From Chiloscyllium plagiosum (lineage: Eukaryota), in contig NC_057719.1 of NCBI RefSeq assembly GCF_004010195.1, forward strand, positions 11,098,507 through 11,162,506: a DNA stretch of 64,000 nucleotides, read 5' to 3'. The notes under the pieces were generated by a model. The model made no database searches, had not been told where the DNA came from, and was given only the letters and a program-made list of their open reading frames with translations. Below are positions 26,835 to 37,940 of the stretch, one piece after another (positions within the stretch are counted from its first letter, which is position 1; the number at the start of each line of letters is the position of its first letter). The position numbers were made by a program, and so were the translations under genes.

Positions 26835-27220
26835 ACTGCAAAAGAAACCAATGGTATGGAGACTGATGGTGTTGTGCAATCTCTCTTCCCCTCGAGAGGC
26901 CTTATGAGTCAGTTGGATGCACAGAATGTTTCCCCTTTGATGCAAAAGTGTCATGACACAAGGAAATCAAGGAATGCAAGGTCCAACCAGTTCATCTCGC
27001 GTGTGTGTGTATATGTTCAGTGCAATAAGTGGCATAGAGCCAGCAAATAGGGACTCACATTGTCAGGTTTGAAACCAGTCTGCAAGAAAACCAGAACCAG
27101 GCGCTTGGATAAACACATCAGAGTGATTGCACTGCACTCTCACTTGCTCAAGATCCATGCCCAAGCCTGGCTTTAAACAAAACTGTTTAAAATTCAGAGA
27201 TTCAAACACACAAGAAACCA

Positions 27221-28237
27221 GTCATAGAGCTAGATAGCATGGAAACAGACCCTTCGCTCCAACTCATCCACGTCGACCAGATATCCTAAATTAATCTAGT
27301 CCCATTTGCCAGCATTTGGCCCATAAGCTTCCAAACCCCTCCTGTTCATATACCCATTCAGCTGCCTTTTAAATGTTGTAATTGTACCAGTGTCCACCAC
27401 TTCCTCTGGTAACTAGGAGAAAGTGAGGACTGCAGATGAAGGGCTTATGCCCGAAACGTTGACTCTCCTGCTCCTCGGATGCTGCCTGGCCTGCTGTGCT
27501 TTTCCAGTGCCACTTACTCTGGCAACTCATTCCATACATGCACCACACTCTGCATGAAAAAGATGCCCCTTAGGTCACTTTTAAATCTTTCCCCTCTCTC
27601 CTTCAAACTATGTTTGCTAGCTTTGGAATCATCCACCCCAGGGAAAAGATCTTGTCTATTTACCCTATCCGTGCCCCTCATCATTTTATAAACCTCTATA
27701 AGGCTAACCTTCAGCATCCAATGCTCCAGGGAAAATAGCCCCAGCCTCTTCAGCCTCTCCCTATAGCTTAAACCCGCCAACTTTGGCAATATTCTTGTGA
27801 ATCTTTTCTGAAACCTTTCAAGTTTCACAACATCCTTCCAATAGCTGGGAGACCAGAATTGCTCGCAGTATTCCAAAAGTGGCCTAATCAATGTCCTGTA
27901 CAGCTGCAACATGACCTCTCAACTACTATACTCAATGCACTGACCAATAAAGGAAATTATACCAAATGCCTTCTTCACTATCCTATCTACCTGTGACTCG
28001 ACTTTCAAGGAACAATGAATCTGCACTCCAAGGTCTCTTTGTTCAGCAACATTCCCCAGGACCTTACCATTAAGTGTATATGCCCTGACCTGATTTGCCT
28101 TTTCAAAATGCTGCACCTCGCCTTTATCTAAATTAAACTCCATCTGCCACTCCTCAGCCCATTGGCCCATCTGATCACATACCATTGTACTCTGAGGTAA
28201 CCTTTCTCACTATCCACTACACCTCCAATTTTGGTGG
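27221..28237 (-). mobile_element. HER1-like CR1 LINE 3' portion, interrupted by a Penelope fragment at 27415-27509
   Basis: ORFs 27514-27912 (LYRTLIRPLLEYCEQFWSP...) and 27919-28185 (WAEEWQMEFN); CR1 tail at about 27221. Confidence 0.9.
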
Positions 28238-28641
28238 AGCAGACGTAGGTAATGTGGTTCCACAGTGCTTTTGTTTTTATTATTTCATGGAAGTTTTGCC
28301 CAAGTCGCATGTTTCTCGTGCACTTCTGGTACTTGAGCTAACTAATTAAACAGTCTCTGGGAGATAAAAAGAAGCCAAGCTTACATTGTGATCTCAGGTG
28401 ATGTTAATACTGGGCAAGTTAGATCACAGAAGGAAGCCTTTCTTAAAAAATTATAAGTTTAATTTTTGCAGTTGGTTAACATGGTGGTTAGCCAGTGAAA
28501 CATAGTCACACAAGTCTGATGATGTTCTGTTATGACAGAACAAAACTTTATTATACAAAAGAAAAACCACTCCATCTAAAACAGTTGAATAGATCTTAAT
28601 CTATCCAAAAAACATTTCCCAACATCATTGTTTTATAGATA

Positions 28642-28945
28642 CAGAAAGACCTCGTTTGCCTGAATGAGACAGGCAGTGAGTATTTTGTTTGGATAGCTGA
28701 TTGTTCGGATAACCGATCAGGGTTCCCATGGCAGCAGCAATAGCAGGAACAGGGTCCCATAGCAACGGCAATAGCAGGAACAGGGTTCCCGTGGCGACCC
28801 TGTTACTATTCCCACCTCCAGCCCAGGCTGCCTGCTGTCACTGTGCTTTTATTTAAATTTAATAAAATTTTTACAGAACCTCGAGATCTTGTTTGACTAA
28901 TCCGAAACTCAGATAATTGATGTTTGGATAACCAAGGTTGTTCTG
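28642..28945. mobile_element. Tc1/mariner-type MITE with internal ~31-bp tandem repeat
   Basis: TA-flanked, ends cagaaagacctcg / ttggataaccaaggttgttctg, related to 20236-20395; internal cagggttcccatggcagcagcaatagcaggaa repeated about 2.4 times. Confidence 0.7.
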
Positions 28946-30459
28946 TATTCAATTCCAAAGAAATTTCACTTCTATCGCAACGCAAAGTTTTTATTTTACT
29001 GACTCCTGCCAGTCTCCTTTCCTTGCATTGTAGAGACAGTTTCATGATTCCTTTCTGAGTGTACTTGCATTAAACTTTCACAATTTTAAACTTTTTCAGT
29101 TCTAACAACTTGAAGCTTTCAATCCATACTCTCCTGGTTTTGAAGCTGCACAAACTACAGCACTTCAGGAGAAATATTCAAGCTAGCTGAACTAAAAGTT
29201 GGATTCTTCTGCTAAGAGATATTTCTTCTTCCGGACCAAACTCCTGATTCTTCCAAATTAGACTCTGAACCTCCTGTTCTTCACTCAAAACAGCACTAAT
29301 GACTTTCTGATATGTTGCAAGCTCAGTCATAGAAATATTCAATCCATTAACACTACCTGGTTTAAGACAGGATCTTGATGCAGTCACTCACTTTCTTGCA
29401 ATTGGTCCCTTTAGATCTCTATTTCAAATCATTTTCTTACCTATTTAACAAAAATTATTTTCACAAAACTGACCCACACCTGTCCACATCTATCTTAAAA
29501 GCATAACATAATATTTAATACACCTTTCACTGCATCTTAAAAGAACATTTTCCACCACATTCATTGAGTGGGTTTGCAAATCTCAAGACACTTGGTGCTA
29601 AATTCGACATTTTAGCTCAATCGGAGCTGGTCGAATGTGGAAAATCTTTATTTTTTATGGTTCAAAGGTTAAGAGCTAGTGAAGTCTTCAGGACATTATT
29701 CGCATTTTTTTTCCCCTCAAAAGGAAACTGTTTTGGTGAGAAGATGTCTCAAGTATAGCCCAGAATACACTGGCAGGAGGCTAAAAACAGAGCAAGCCAA
29801 GCAGCATCAGGAGGTGAAGAAGTCAATCTCACCCTTCTTCAGGACGAGCCCAGAGCATTTTTGAAATGAAGGGTGAGATTAGCCCAAAGAGCTTGGGATA
29901 GTAATAATGAAGTTGAGCAGTCGGCTGCATTGACAGGATTTTTTTCAAAACTCTTGTTAAATTAGAATGGAAGTGAACTGCTGCTGAGTGCAAGACCTTC
30001 TCAAATAGAGGTGGCCATGCCTTCACAGTCAGGCAATACATGCATTGTCAAGTAGTTATAATTTACCAGGATTGTCAGAAGGCATATAATCATGTTGGGT
30101 GTCTAGAGTGTTTGAAGAAGACAAAGGTGAACAGGTTTAATAGTTAAACATGCAGCTGGATCGGAAGCAATGCTAGGCACAAAGGAATAATAAATGTCAT
30201 AATCCTCAGTTACTCACGGCCAGGGACCGTGGTCGATTTACTTCTTAAACTTAGGGATACATAAAAAAAAACAGAAGCAAGAATAATTCAGCCCCCTGAA
30301 TCAGCTCTGGCATTCAATAAGAAAGTGCCTGAACTGATTTTGATCTTAATGTCATTTTCCTGCCTGTATTCTCAAAGCCCTTGGTTCCGTTGTAGATCAG
30401 TAATTGTCAGCAAACCCCCATCAACTGAGGATGGCGGACATGTAGCAAAGGTAGACAAG

Positions 30460-30612
30460 CAGGAGGCTGTAAGAACACTGCAATACAGGCAACATCAGGA
30501 GCTGGAGAAGTCAATGTTTCGGGTGTAACCCTTCTTCAGGACTGGGGGTGGGTGTAAGGGGTGCTGCAGCTAAAGGGGAAGGTGGGGGATTGTTTTGGGT
30601 GGGGAGAGGGGC
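30460..30612 (-). mobile_element. Penelope-like terminal fragment with hammerhead motif
   Basis: Minus strand at 30510-30542 reads GUC-CUGAAGA-A-GGGU-UAC-ACCC-GAAA-C-AUU-GAC. Confidence 0.65.
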
Positions 30613-30913
30613 ATGTGCCAAATACAATCTGTGGTGATTGGGTCAACCCATGTGGTACATGATGATGATGGCTTAAGAGATCAATCCATGAGAGACAGGT
30701 TTCACCACAAGGGCCTTCCTGGAAACAGCTATCAGGTCTTAGTGAGTTTTGAGAAGATTTGTAGCTCAGGTTGAGGTTCTGGATGTAGGTTTGCTCGCTG
30801 AGCTGGAAGGTTCATTTCCAGACGTTTCCTCACCCTACTAAGTAACATCCTCAGTGGGCCTCCAGGCAAAGCACTGTTCATCATTCTTGCTTTCTATTTA
30901 TACGTTTCATCTT

Positions 30914-31255
30914 GTACAAGATGATTAGGGGGTTAGATAGGGTTGACAGTGTGAACCTTTTCCCGCGTATGGAGTCGGGTATTACAAGGGGGCATAACTT
31001 TAAATTAAGGGGGGGTAGATATAGGACTGAAGTTAGGGGTAGGTTCTTCACTCAGCGAGTCGTAAGTTCATGGAATGCCCTGCCAGTAGCAGTGGTGGAC
31101 TCTCCCTCTTTATGGCCATTTAAGCGGGCATTGGATAGGTATATGGAGGATAGTGGGTTAGTATAGGTTAGGTGGGCTTGGATCGGCGCAACATCGAGGG
31201 CCAAAGGGCCTGTACTGCGCTGTATTCTTCTATGTTCTATGTTCTATGTTCTATG
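30914..31255 (+). mobile_element. Young CR1 LINE 3' end with (TTCTATG)n tail
   Basis: ORF 30912-31166 (YKMIRGLDRVD...FFTQRVV..WNALP); nearly identical to 54539-54870. Confidence 0.9.
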
Positions 31256-31455
31256 AGAAAAAAATAGGAAATTACAACACCACAGGAAATGACATCACCA
31301 ACCCAAAGAGATTAGGTGGGCTTGGATCGGCGCAACATCGAGGGCCAAAGGGCCTGTACTGCGCTGTGCGCTGTATTCTTCTATGTTCTATGTTCTATGA
31401 GAAAAAAATAGGAAATCACAACACCACAGGAAATGACATCACCAACCCAAAGAGA
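31168..31455 (+). repeat. 144-bp tandem duplication spanning a CR1-tail/Penelope junction
   Basis: Units 31168-31311 and 31312-31455 are nearly identical. Confidence 0.9.
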
Positions 31456-32037
31456 CCCAAACATATAAATAGAAAGCAAGAATGATGAACAGTGCTTCAC
31501 CTGGAGGCCGACTGCAGGTGTTACCTAGTAGGGTGAGGAAACATCTGGAAATGAACCTTCCAGCTCACCGAGCAACCCTACATCCAGTTATCAGGTGTTG
31601 TTGTGGGTGGTGCTTTTTGATCTTGACTGAGAATGACTTTTGATCTAGTACTAGGGGTTCCACTTTAAAAATAAGGGGTCATTTGGCAGTGCAGGGAGAG
31701 GAATGTTCCTTCTGCATGATGACCCTCCTGCTTGGACCAGATGCCTGCCAGGAAAGGTGAGTCATTAATTTAAATCTTTAAAACCTTACCTCAAGCATCA
31801 GAGCTCTCCATTTCTGTTTTCTGCAGCAGGAAGAGCAGGAGCTTGGATGAGAGGCCTGCTGGGAAAGGTGAGTCACTAATTTAAATCTTTACATCTGACA
31901 TTAGAGAGCAGAGGTTTCTGGGATAGAAGGGGCATTTTTCCCCTCAGCTATATAAGTGAGTGTTTTCTAAATGCGAGGCCCTACACTTGTATGGCCTCCC
32001 AGCCATATACCTCCTCTAACCTTAAACACCAGGGACA

Positions 32038-32298
32038 CATCAGGTAAGCTTCTCTTAGAGTCATAGAGATGTACAGCATGGAAACAGACCCTTCGGTCCA
32101 ACTTGTCCATGCCGACCAGATATCCCAACCCAATCTTTACTTTCTGATAAAGGGACTAGCAGGGATGGCATCAGGTAAGCTTCTCTTAGAGTCATAGAGA
32201 TGTACAGCATGGAAACAGACCCTTCAGTCCAACCTGTCCATGCCGAACAGATATCCCACCCAATCTTTACTTTCTGATAAAGGGACTAGCAGGGATGG
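32038..32298 (+). repeat. ~131-bp tandem duplication containing an antisense CR1 tail
   Basis: Units 32038-32168 and 32169-32298. Confidence 0.9.
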
Positions 32299-33982
32299 CA
32301 GTGCAGGGAGAGGAATGCATGATGTTTGAGGTAAGGAATGCCATTAGTGTCCCTTCCAAGTACATTAGCAGGAAGTGCACCCAACTCTCGCTTCTCCAAG
32401 ACAGTGTTAGGGAACTGGAGTGGGAGTTGTATGAACTTCGGATCATTCGGGAGGCAGAGGCTGTGATAGATAAGAGTTACAGGGAAGTAGTTACACCTAG
32501 GCACAAAGAAAGCTGGGTAAATGTTAGAAGGAAGGAAAAAGCAGTCAGTGCAGGGATCCCCTGTGGTTGTTCCCCTGAAAAACAGGTATACCGTTTTGGA
32601 TACTGTTGGGGGGTATGACTTACCAGGGGCATGCATTGGGGTGCAGGTCTCTGGCACAGAGTCTGTCCCTGTTGCACAGAAGGGAAGGGGGGAAAGGAGG
32701 AGAGTGTTAGTCATTGTGGACTCAATAGTTATACAATCAGATAGAAGGTTTATTGGGAACAAACGAGACTCATGGTTAGTGTGTTATCTCCCAGGTGCCA
32801 GGATGCCTCGGATCGTATCTTTGGGGTCCTGAAGGGGGAGGGTGACCAGCCTCAAGTCGTGGTCCATGTAGGCACCAACGACATAGGTAGAAAGAGGGAT
32901 AGGGATGTAAGGCAGGATTTCAAGGAGCTAGGTTCGAAGCTGAGAACTAGAACAAACAGAGTTGTTATCTCTGGTTTGTTGCCTGTGCCATGTGATAGCG
33001 AGGCAACAAATAGGGAGAGATATCAGCAGAACACATGGCCGCAGGGATGGTGCAGGAGGGAGGGTTTCAGGTATATGGATAATTGGAGTTCATTCTGGGG
33101 AATGTGGGACCTCTACAAACAGGACGGTCTTCACTTGAACCAGAGGGGTACTAATATCCTGGGTGGGAAATTTGCTGGTGCTTTTCAGGTGGGTTTAAAC
33201 TAGCTCAGCAAGGGGGTGGGAACCTGTGATGTAGTTGCAGTGCACAGGAGGATGTGAGTAGGGAGGTGTTATCAATTCTAGAAGGAGTGGAAGTAGATAA
33301 GCCCCCAGGACTGGATGGGATTTGTCTAAGGATTCTCTGGGAAGCTAGGGAGGAGATGGCAGAGCCTTTGGCCTTGATCTTTGATTCGAGGAGAAAGTGA
33401 GGTCTGCAGATGCTTTGATTCGTCATTGTCTACAGGTTTCGTACCAGAGGACTGGAGGATTGCACATGTTGTGCCCTTGTTCAAGAGGAGCAGTAAAGAT
33501 GACCCAGGTAATTATAGACCAGTGAGCCTTACTTCTGTTGTAGGAAACATTTTGGAAAGGATTATAAGAGATAGTCAACATGGTTTCATCAAGGGCAGGT
33601 CGTGTCTCACAAACCTCATTGAGTTTTTTTAAGAATGTGACCAAACATGTGGATGGGGGTAGGGCAGTTGACATGGTTTACATGGACTTCAGTAAAGCCT
33701 TTGAAAACGTTCCATATTGTCGGCTGTTGGAGAAAATGCAGAGGCGTGGGATTGAGGGTATTTTTGCAGTTTGGATTAGAAACTGGCTTTCTGTAAGAAG
33801 GCAGCGAGTGGTGGTTGGTGTAAAATATTCAGCCTGGAGTCCGGCTACTAGTAGTGTGCCACAAGGATCTGTTTTTGAACCACTGCTGTTTGTCATTTTT
33901 ATAAATGACTTGTATGCAGGCATAGGTGGATGGGTTAGTAAGCTTGCAGGTGACACTAAAGTCGGTGGAGTGGTGGACAGTA

Positions 33983-34292
33983 TTTAGATTAGATTACAGT
34001 GTGGAAACAGGCCCTTCGGCCCTACAAGTCCACACCGACCCGCCGAAGCGAAACCCACCCAGACCCCTACATTTACCCCTTACCTAACACTACGTGCAAT
34101 TTAGTATGGCCAATTCACCTGACCCTGCACATCTTTGGACTGTGGGAGGAAACCGGAGCACCCGGAGGAAACCCACGCAGACACGGGGAGAACGTGCAAA
34201 CTCCACACAGTCAGTCGCCTGAGGCGGGAATTGAACCCGGGTCTCTGGCGCTGTGAGGCAGCAGTGCTAACCACTGTGCCACCGTGCCACCC
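33983..34292 (-). mobile_element. Young HE1-type V-SINE nested in the CR1 RT
   Basis: Complete element with (TCTAA)n tail; splits the RT motif GGVVDS|VEEHCRLQ. Confidence 0.92.
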
Positions 34293-35752
34293 ACTGCAGT
34301 GTGGAAGAACATTGCAGGTTGCAGGGGAGCTTGGATAAACTGCAGAATTGGGCTGAGAGGTGGCAAATGGAGTTCAATGCAGATAAAGGTGAGGTGCTTC
34401 ACTTTGGGAAGAATAACAGGAAGGCAGAATACTGGGTCAATGGAAAGATTCTTGGCAGTGTGGATGTGCAGAGGGGTCTTGGAGTCCATGTACATAGATC
34501 CCTGAAAGTTGCTACCCAGGTTGATAGCACTGTTAAGAAGGCATACGGTGTGTTAGGTTTTATTGGTAGAGGGATTGAGTTCCGGAGCCATAATGTCATG
34601 CTGCAACTGTACAAAATGCTAGTGCGGCCGCACTTAGAATATTGTGTACAGTTCTGGTCGCCCCATTACAGGAAGGATGTGGAAGCATTGGAAAAAGGAC
34701 AGAGGAGATTTACCAGGATGTTGCCTGGTCTGGAGAGAAGGTCTTATGAGGAAAGGCTGAGGGACTTGGGTCTATTCTCATTGGAAAGAAGAAGGCGAAG
34801 AGGGGATTTGATACAGACATACAAGATGATCAGAGGATTAGATAGGGTAGACAGTAAAAGTCTTCTTCCCAGGATGATGACGTCTGCTTGTATGAGGGGG
34901 CATAGCTACAAATTGAGGGGTAATAGATTTAAGACAGATGTCAGAGGAGAGGCAGGTTCTTTACTCAGAGAGTGGTAAAGGCATGGAATGCCCTGCCTGC
35001 CAATGTAGTTAATTCAGCCACATTCGGGGCATTTAAACAGTCCTTGGATAAGCATATGGATGATGATGGGAGGGGAATGGGCTTAGATTCGTTCATAGGT
35101 CGGTGCAACATCGAGGGCCAAAGGGCCTGTTCTGCGCTGTATTGTTCTATGTTCTATTTATTTAAGACAGAGATGAGGAAATTTTTTTCACTGGAGGATT
35201 GAGAGTCTTTGGAATGTCCTTTCTGGTGGATGGAGAAGTTTTAAATATGTTTAAGGTAGAGGTCGATGGATTCTTGATGACCAAGGGGATGAAAGATTAT
35301 CAGGGGTATGCAGGAATGTAGCATCAAAGTTAAAATCAGATCAACAATGACCTTATTGATGGCTCAAAGGGCTAAGGGGGCCTATTCTTGTTGCTCATTC
35401 AAATGTTGGTGCCAAAATCTATAATTAGGGCCTACTTTTCACATCCATGAACCTGGTATCCTATTGGTTCCAGCTACCATGCAGAAATGCCTTGGACATT
35501 AGACCATCTTTCATCCTGTGAATCTGTCTGATCCAGAAATGTCACTGTGCTCGATGAGTGTCAATCTATTTGGGAGATTTGCTTTTGAGAGGAGTGACAC
35601 GTTCATGATTTTTGTTCTAGGAAATGACCAAGTTGGTCACAGGCAGTGAAGAACAAAGTTATTAAGTTTCCTTTCTTTTATAGCTGTAACTTGTCCACAT
35701 TACACGAACACCCACCATGGCACTGAGCATCTTGGTGTATAGATTAAAGTCC

Positions 35753-36228
35753 TAGAGTCACACAGCATAGAAACAGGCTCTTCGGCCCATCGTGTCTATG
35801 CTGACCAACAAACACTAAACTCCAGTAATCCCATTTTCCTGCACTTGGTCTATCATCTACCATGTCCTGGCATTTTCAGTACTCACCCAGATGCTTCTTA
35901 ATGTTGCGAGAATACCTGCCTTCACCATCTTCTCAGGCAGCACATTCCATAGGTCTACCACCATCTGGGTGATAAAATCTTCTCTCAGATCTCCTCTAAC
36001 CCACTTGCTTCTCACCTTAAACGTACCTTCTGGTCTTAGACATCTCTGCCTCGGGAAAGAGATTCTCACAATCTATTCTGTCTGTGCCTCTCAACTTTGT
36101 AAACCTCAATCAAATCCCCACTCAGCCTCTTCTGCCCCAAGGAACACAAACCCAGCCTCTCCTCATTACTGAGACTTTTCATCCCAAGCAACATCCTGGT
36201 GCATTTCCTCTGCACCCTCTCCAGCATA
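35753..36228 (-). mobile_element. CR1 LINE 3' end
   Basis: ORFs 35857-36069 and 36066-36332 carry LERVQRKCTRML and GDLIEVYK. Confidence 0.8.
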
Positions 36229-36259
36229 ATTATAATTATGGTGTGGCAACCAAAACAAC

Positions 36260-37240
36260 ATGAAGAACAATGCAGCACAGGAACAGGCCCTTCAGCCCTC
36301 CGAGCCTGCACGGTCACATTTTGTCCTTCCATATTAAAACTGTCTTAACCTACAGGATCCATTCCCTCTATTCCATTTCTATTCATGTATTTGTCCAGGT
36401 GCTTCTTGAACGCTGCTATTCTGTCTGCTTCCACCACCTCCTCTGGCAGCACGTTCCAGGCACTCACCACCCTTTGGGTGAAAAATGTGCCTCACACATC
36501 TCTTTTGTACATCGCCCCTCCCATCTTGAAGCTGTAGTAATTGATCCCTCCAACCTGGGAAAAAGCCTCCTACTTTCTACTCTTATCCATGTCATTCACA
36601 ATCATATAAAGTCCTATCAGGTCGCCCCTCAACCTTCTGCATTTCAGTGAAATCAAACCCAATCTATCTGACCTTTCTTCATAGCTAAATTCCTCCATAC
36701 CAGGCAACATTTTCTGTACCCTCTCCAAAGTATCCACATTCTTCTGGTAGTGTGGTGACCAGAGCTGTATGCAATATTCCAAGTGTAGCCGAACTAAAGT
36801 TCTATAAAGCTGCAGCACAACTAGTCTATTCTTATACTCATTGCCCCTTCCAATGAACGCAAGCATGCCAATAGGCCTTTGTTACTACCTTATCTATCTG
36901 CACTGCCACCTTCAGTGATCTGTTGACCTGCACACCCAGATATCTCTCTGCATATCAATAATCCCAAAGGTTCTGCTATTCACTGTATAATTTTCACCAG
37001 TACTTGACCTTCCAAAATGCACCACCTCACATTTGTCTGGATTAAACTCCATCTGCCATTTTTCTGCCCATGTATCCAAGTGATCTATATCCTGCTGCAT
37101 CCTCTGGCAATCTTCCTCACTACCCACAACTCCACCAACCGGTGTATCATCCGCAAGCTTAGAAATTAGACCAGCTATGTTTTCCTCCAAATCATTTGTG
37201 TAGATCACAAACAACAAAGGTCCCAGAACTGATCCCTGGG
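36260..37240 (-). mobile_element. CR1 LINE RT and 3' end
   Basis: ORF 36912-37217 (ISKLADDTPVGGVV, WAEKWQMEFN) and ORF 36570-36866. Confidence 0.88.
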
Positions 37241-37311
37241 CTCAGCCCTTTCCAGAGAGCACTAAATTTACTTGCGAACTCGTGTTGACTCTCTGACCAG
37301 TGCTGCTTTGT

Positions 37312-37940
37312 TTTTTTTTAATTCATTAACAAGTGTGAGCATCACTGTTACCCATCCCGAGATGCTCCTGAGGAAGTGGCGATGAACCACATTCTTTAAT
37401 CATGGCAGTCCATGTGGTGCAACTACATCCACAGTGTTGTTAGAAAGGGAATGCCAGGATTTTGACCCAGTGGCAGTGAAGGAACACTGGTATCTTTCCA
37501 AGTCAGGATGGCCTGCGATTGGAGTGGAGCTTGCAGGTAGGGAGGTGCCCCCATGCATCAGTTGCCCTTATCTTTCTGGATGGTAGCGGTTGTAGGTTTG
37601 ACATGTGCTATCAAAGGTATCTTGGTGAGTTTCTGCTGTGCATTTTCTGGATGTACAAACTGCTGCCGCTGTGCATCAGTAATGGCAGGAGTGTCCATCA
37701 AGCCAACTGCTCTGAATTGGTTAATGTCATGCTCCTTATTGTTGTTGGAGTTGAACCCATCCAGGCAAGTGGACAGCATTCCATTACACCACTGCCTTGT
37801 TTCTAGGACATGGTAGATAGATTCTGGAAAGTCAGGAGGCTGATTGTTCACCACAGAATTGTCACTGTTTGACTAGCTGTCATAGATACAATATTTCTGT
37901 GGCTGGTCCAGTTACATTTTTGGTTAGTGGTAACTGTCAG
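37312..37940 (-). mobile_element. Degenerate LINE family B 3' end
   Basis: Reverse complement of the blocks at 1-612 and 11500-12050. Confidence 0.7.

Larger units (their letters stand above)
30740..31587. mobile_element. Penelope inverted-terminus remnant (same family as 24225-25287) with a CR1 3' end inserted
   Basis: 30740-30907 (minus) and about 31256-31587 (plus) match 25070-25287 in opposite orientations. Confidence 0.8.
31685..35156 (+). mobile_element. Near full-length, internally deleted CR1 LINE (5' UTR, ORF1 with SGNH esterase domain, RT, 3' tail); inactive
   Basis: ORF1 pieces at 32295-33203 (PQVVVHVGTNDIG, DGLHLN esterase blocks); RT pieces (NYRPVSLTSVVG, MDFSKAF, VPQGSV, LAGDTK in place of FADDTK; ORF 34301-34978); tail ttctatgttcta. 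It interrupts an older CR1 3' end (about 31646-31684 continuing at 35157-35410). Confidence 0.9.

Noticed and set aside
28718..28800. Spaced ~31-bp repeats as a CRISPR-like array
   Set aside because: Contiguous tandem units with no unique spacers, inside a MITE in eukaryotic DNA.
29041..29400. Coding-looking minus-strand ORF (29178-29387)
   Set aside because: No recognisable domain, stops nearby and no convincing splice signals.
32772..33203. SGNH esterase ORF as a captured or novel enzyme gene
   Set aside because: An esterase domain is an established part of CR1 ORF1, and here it is frameshifted within a decayed element.
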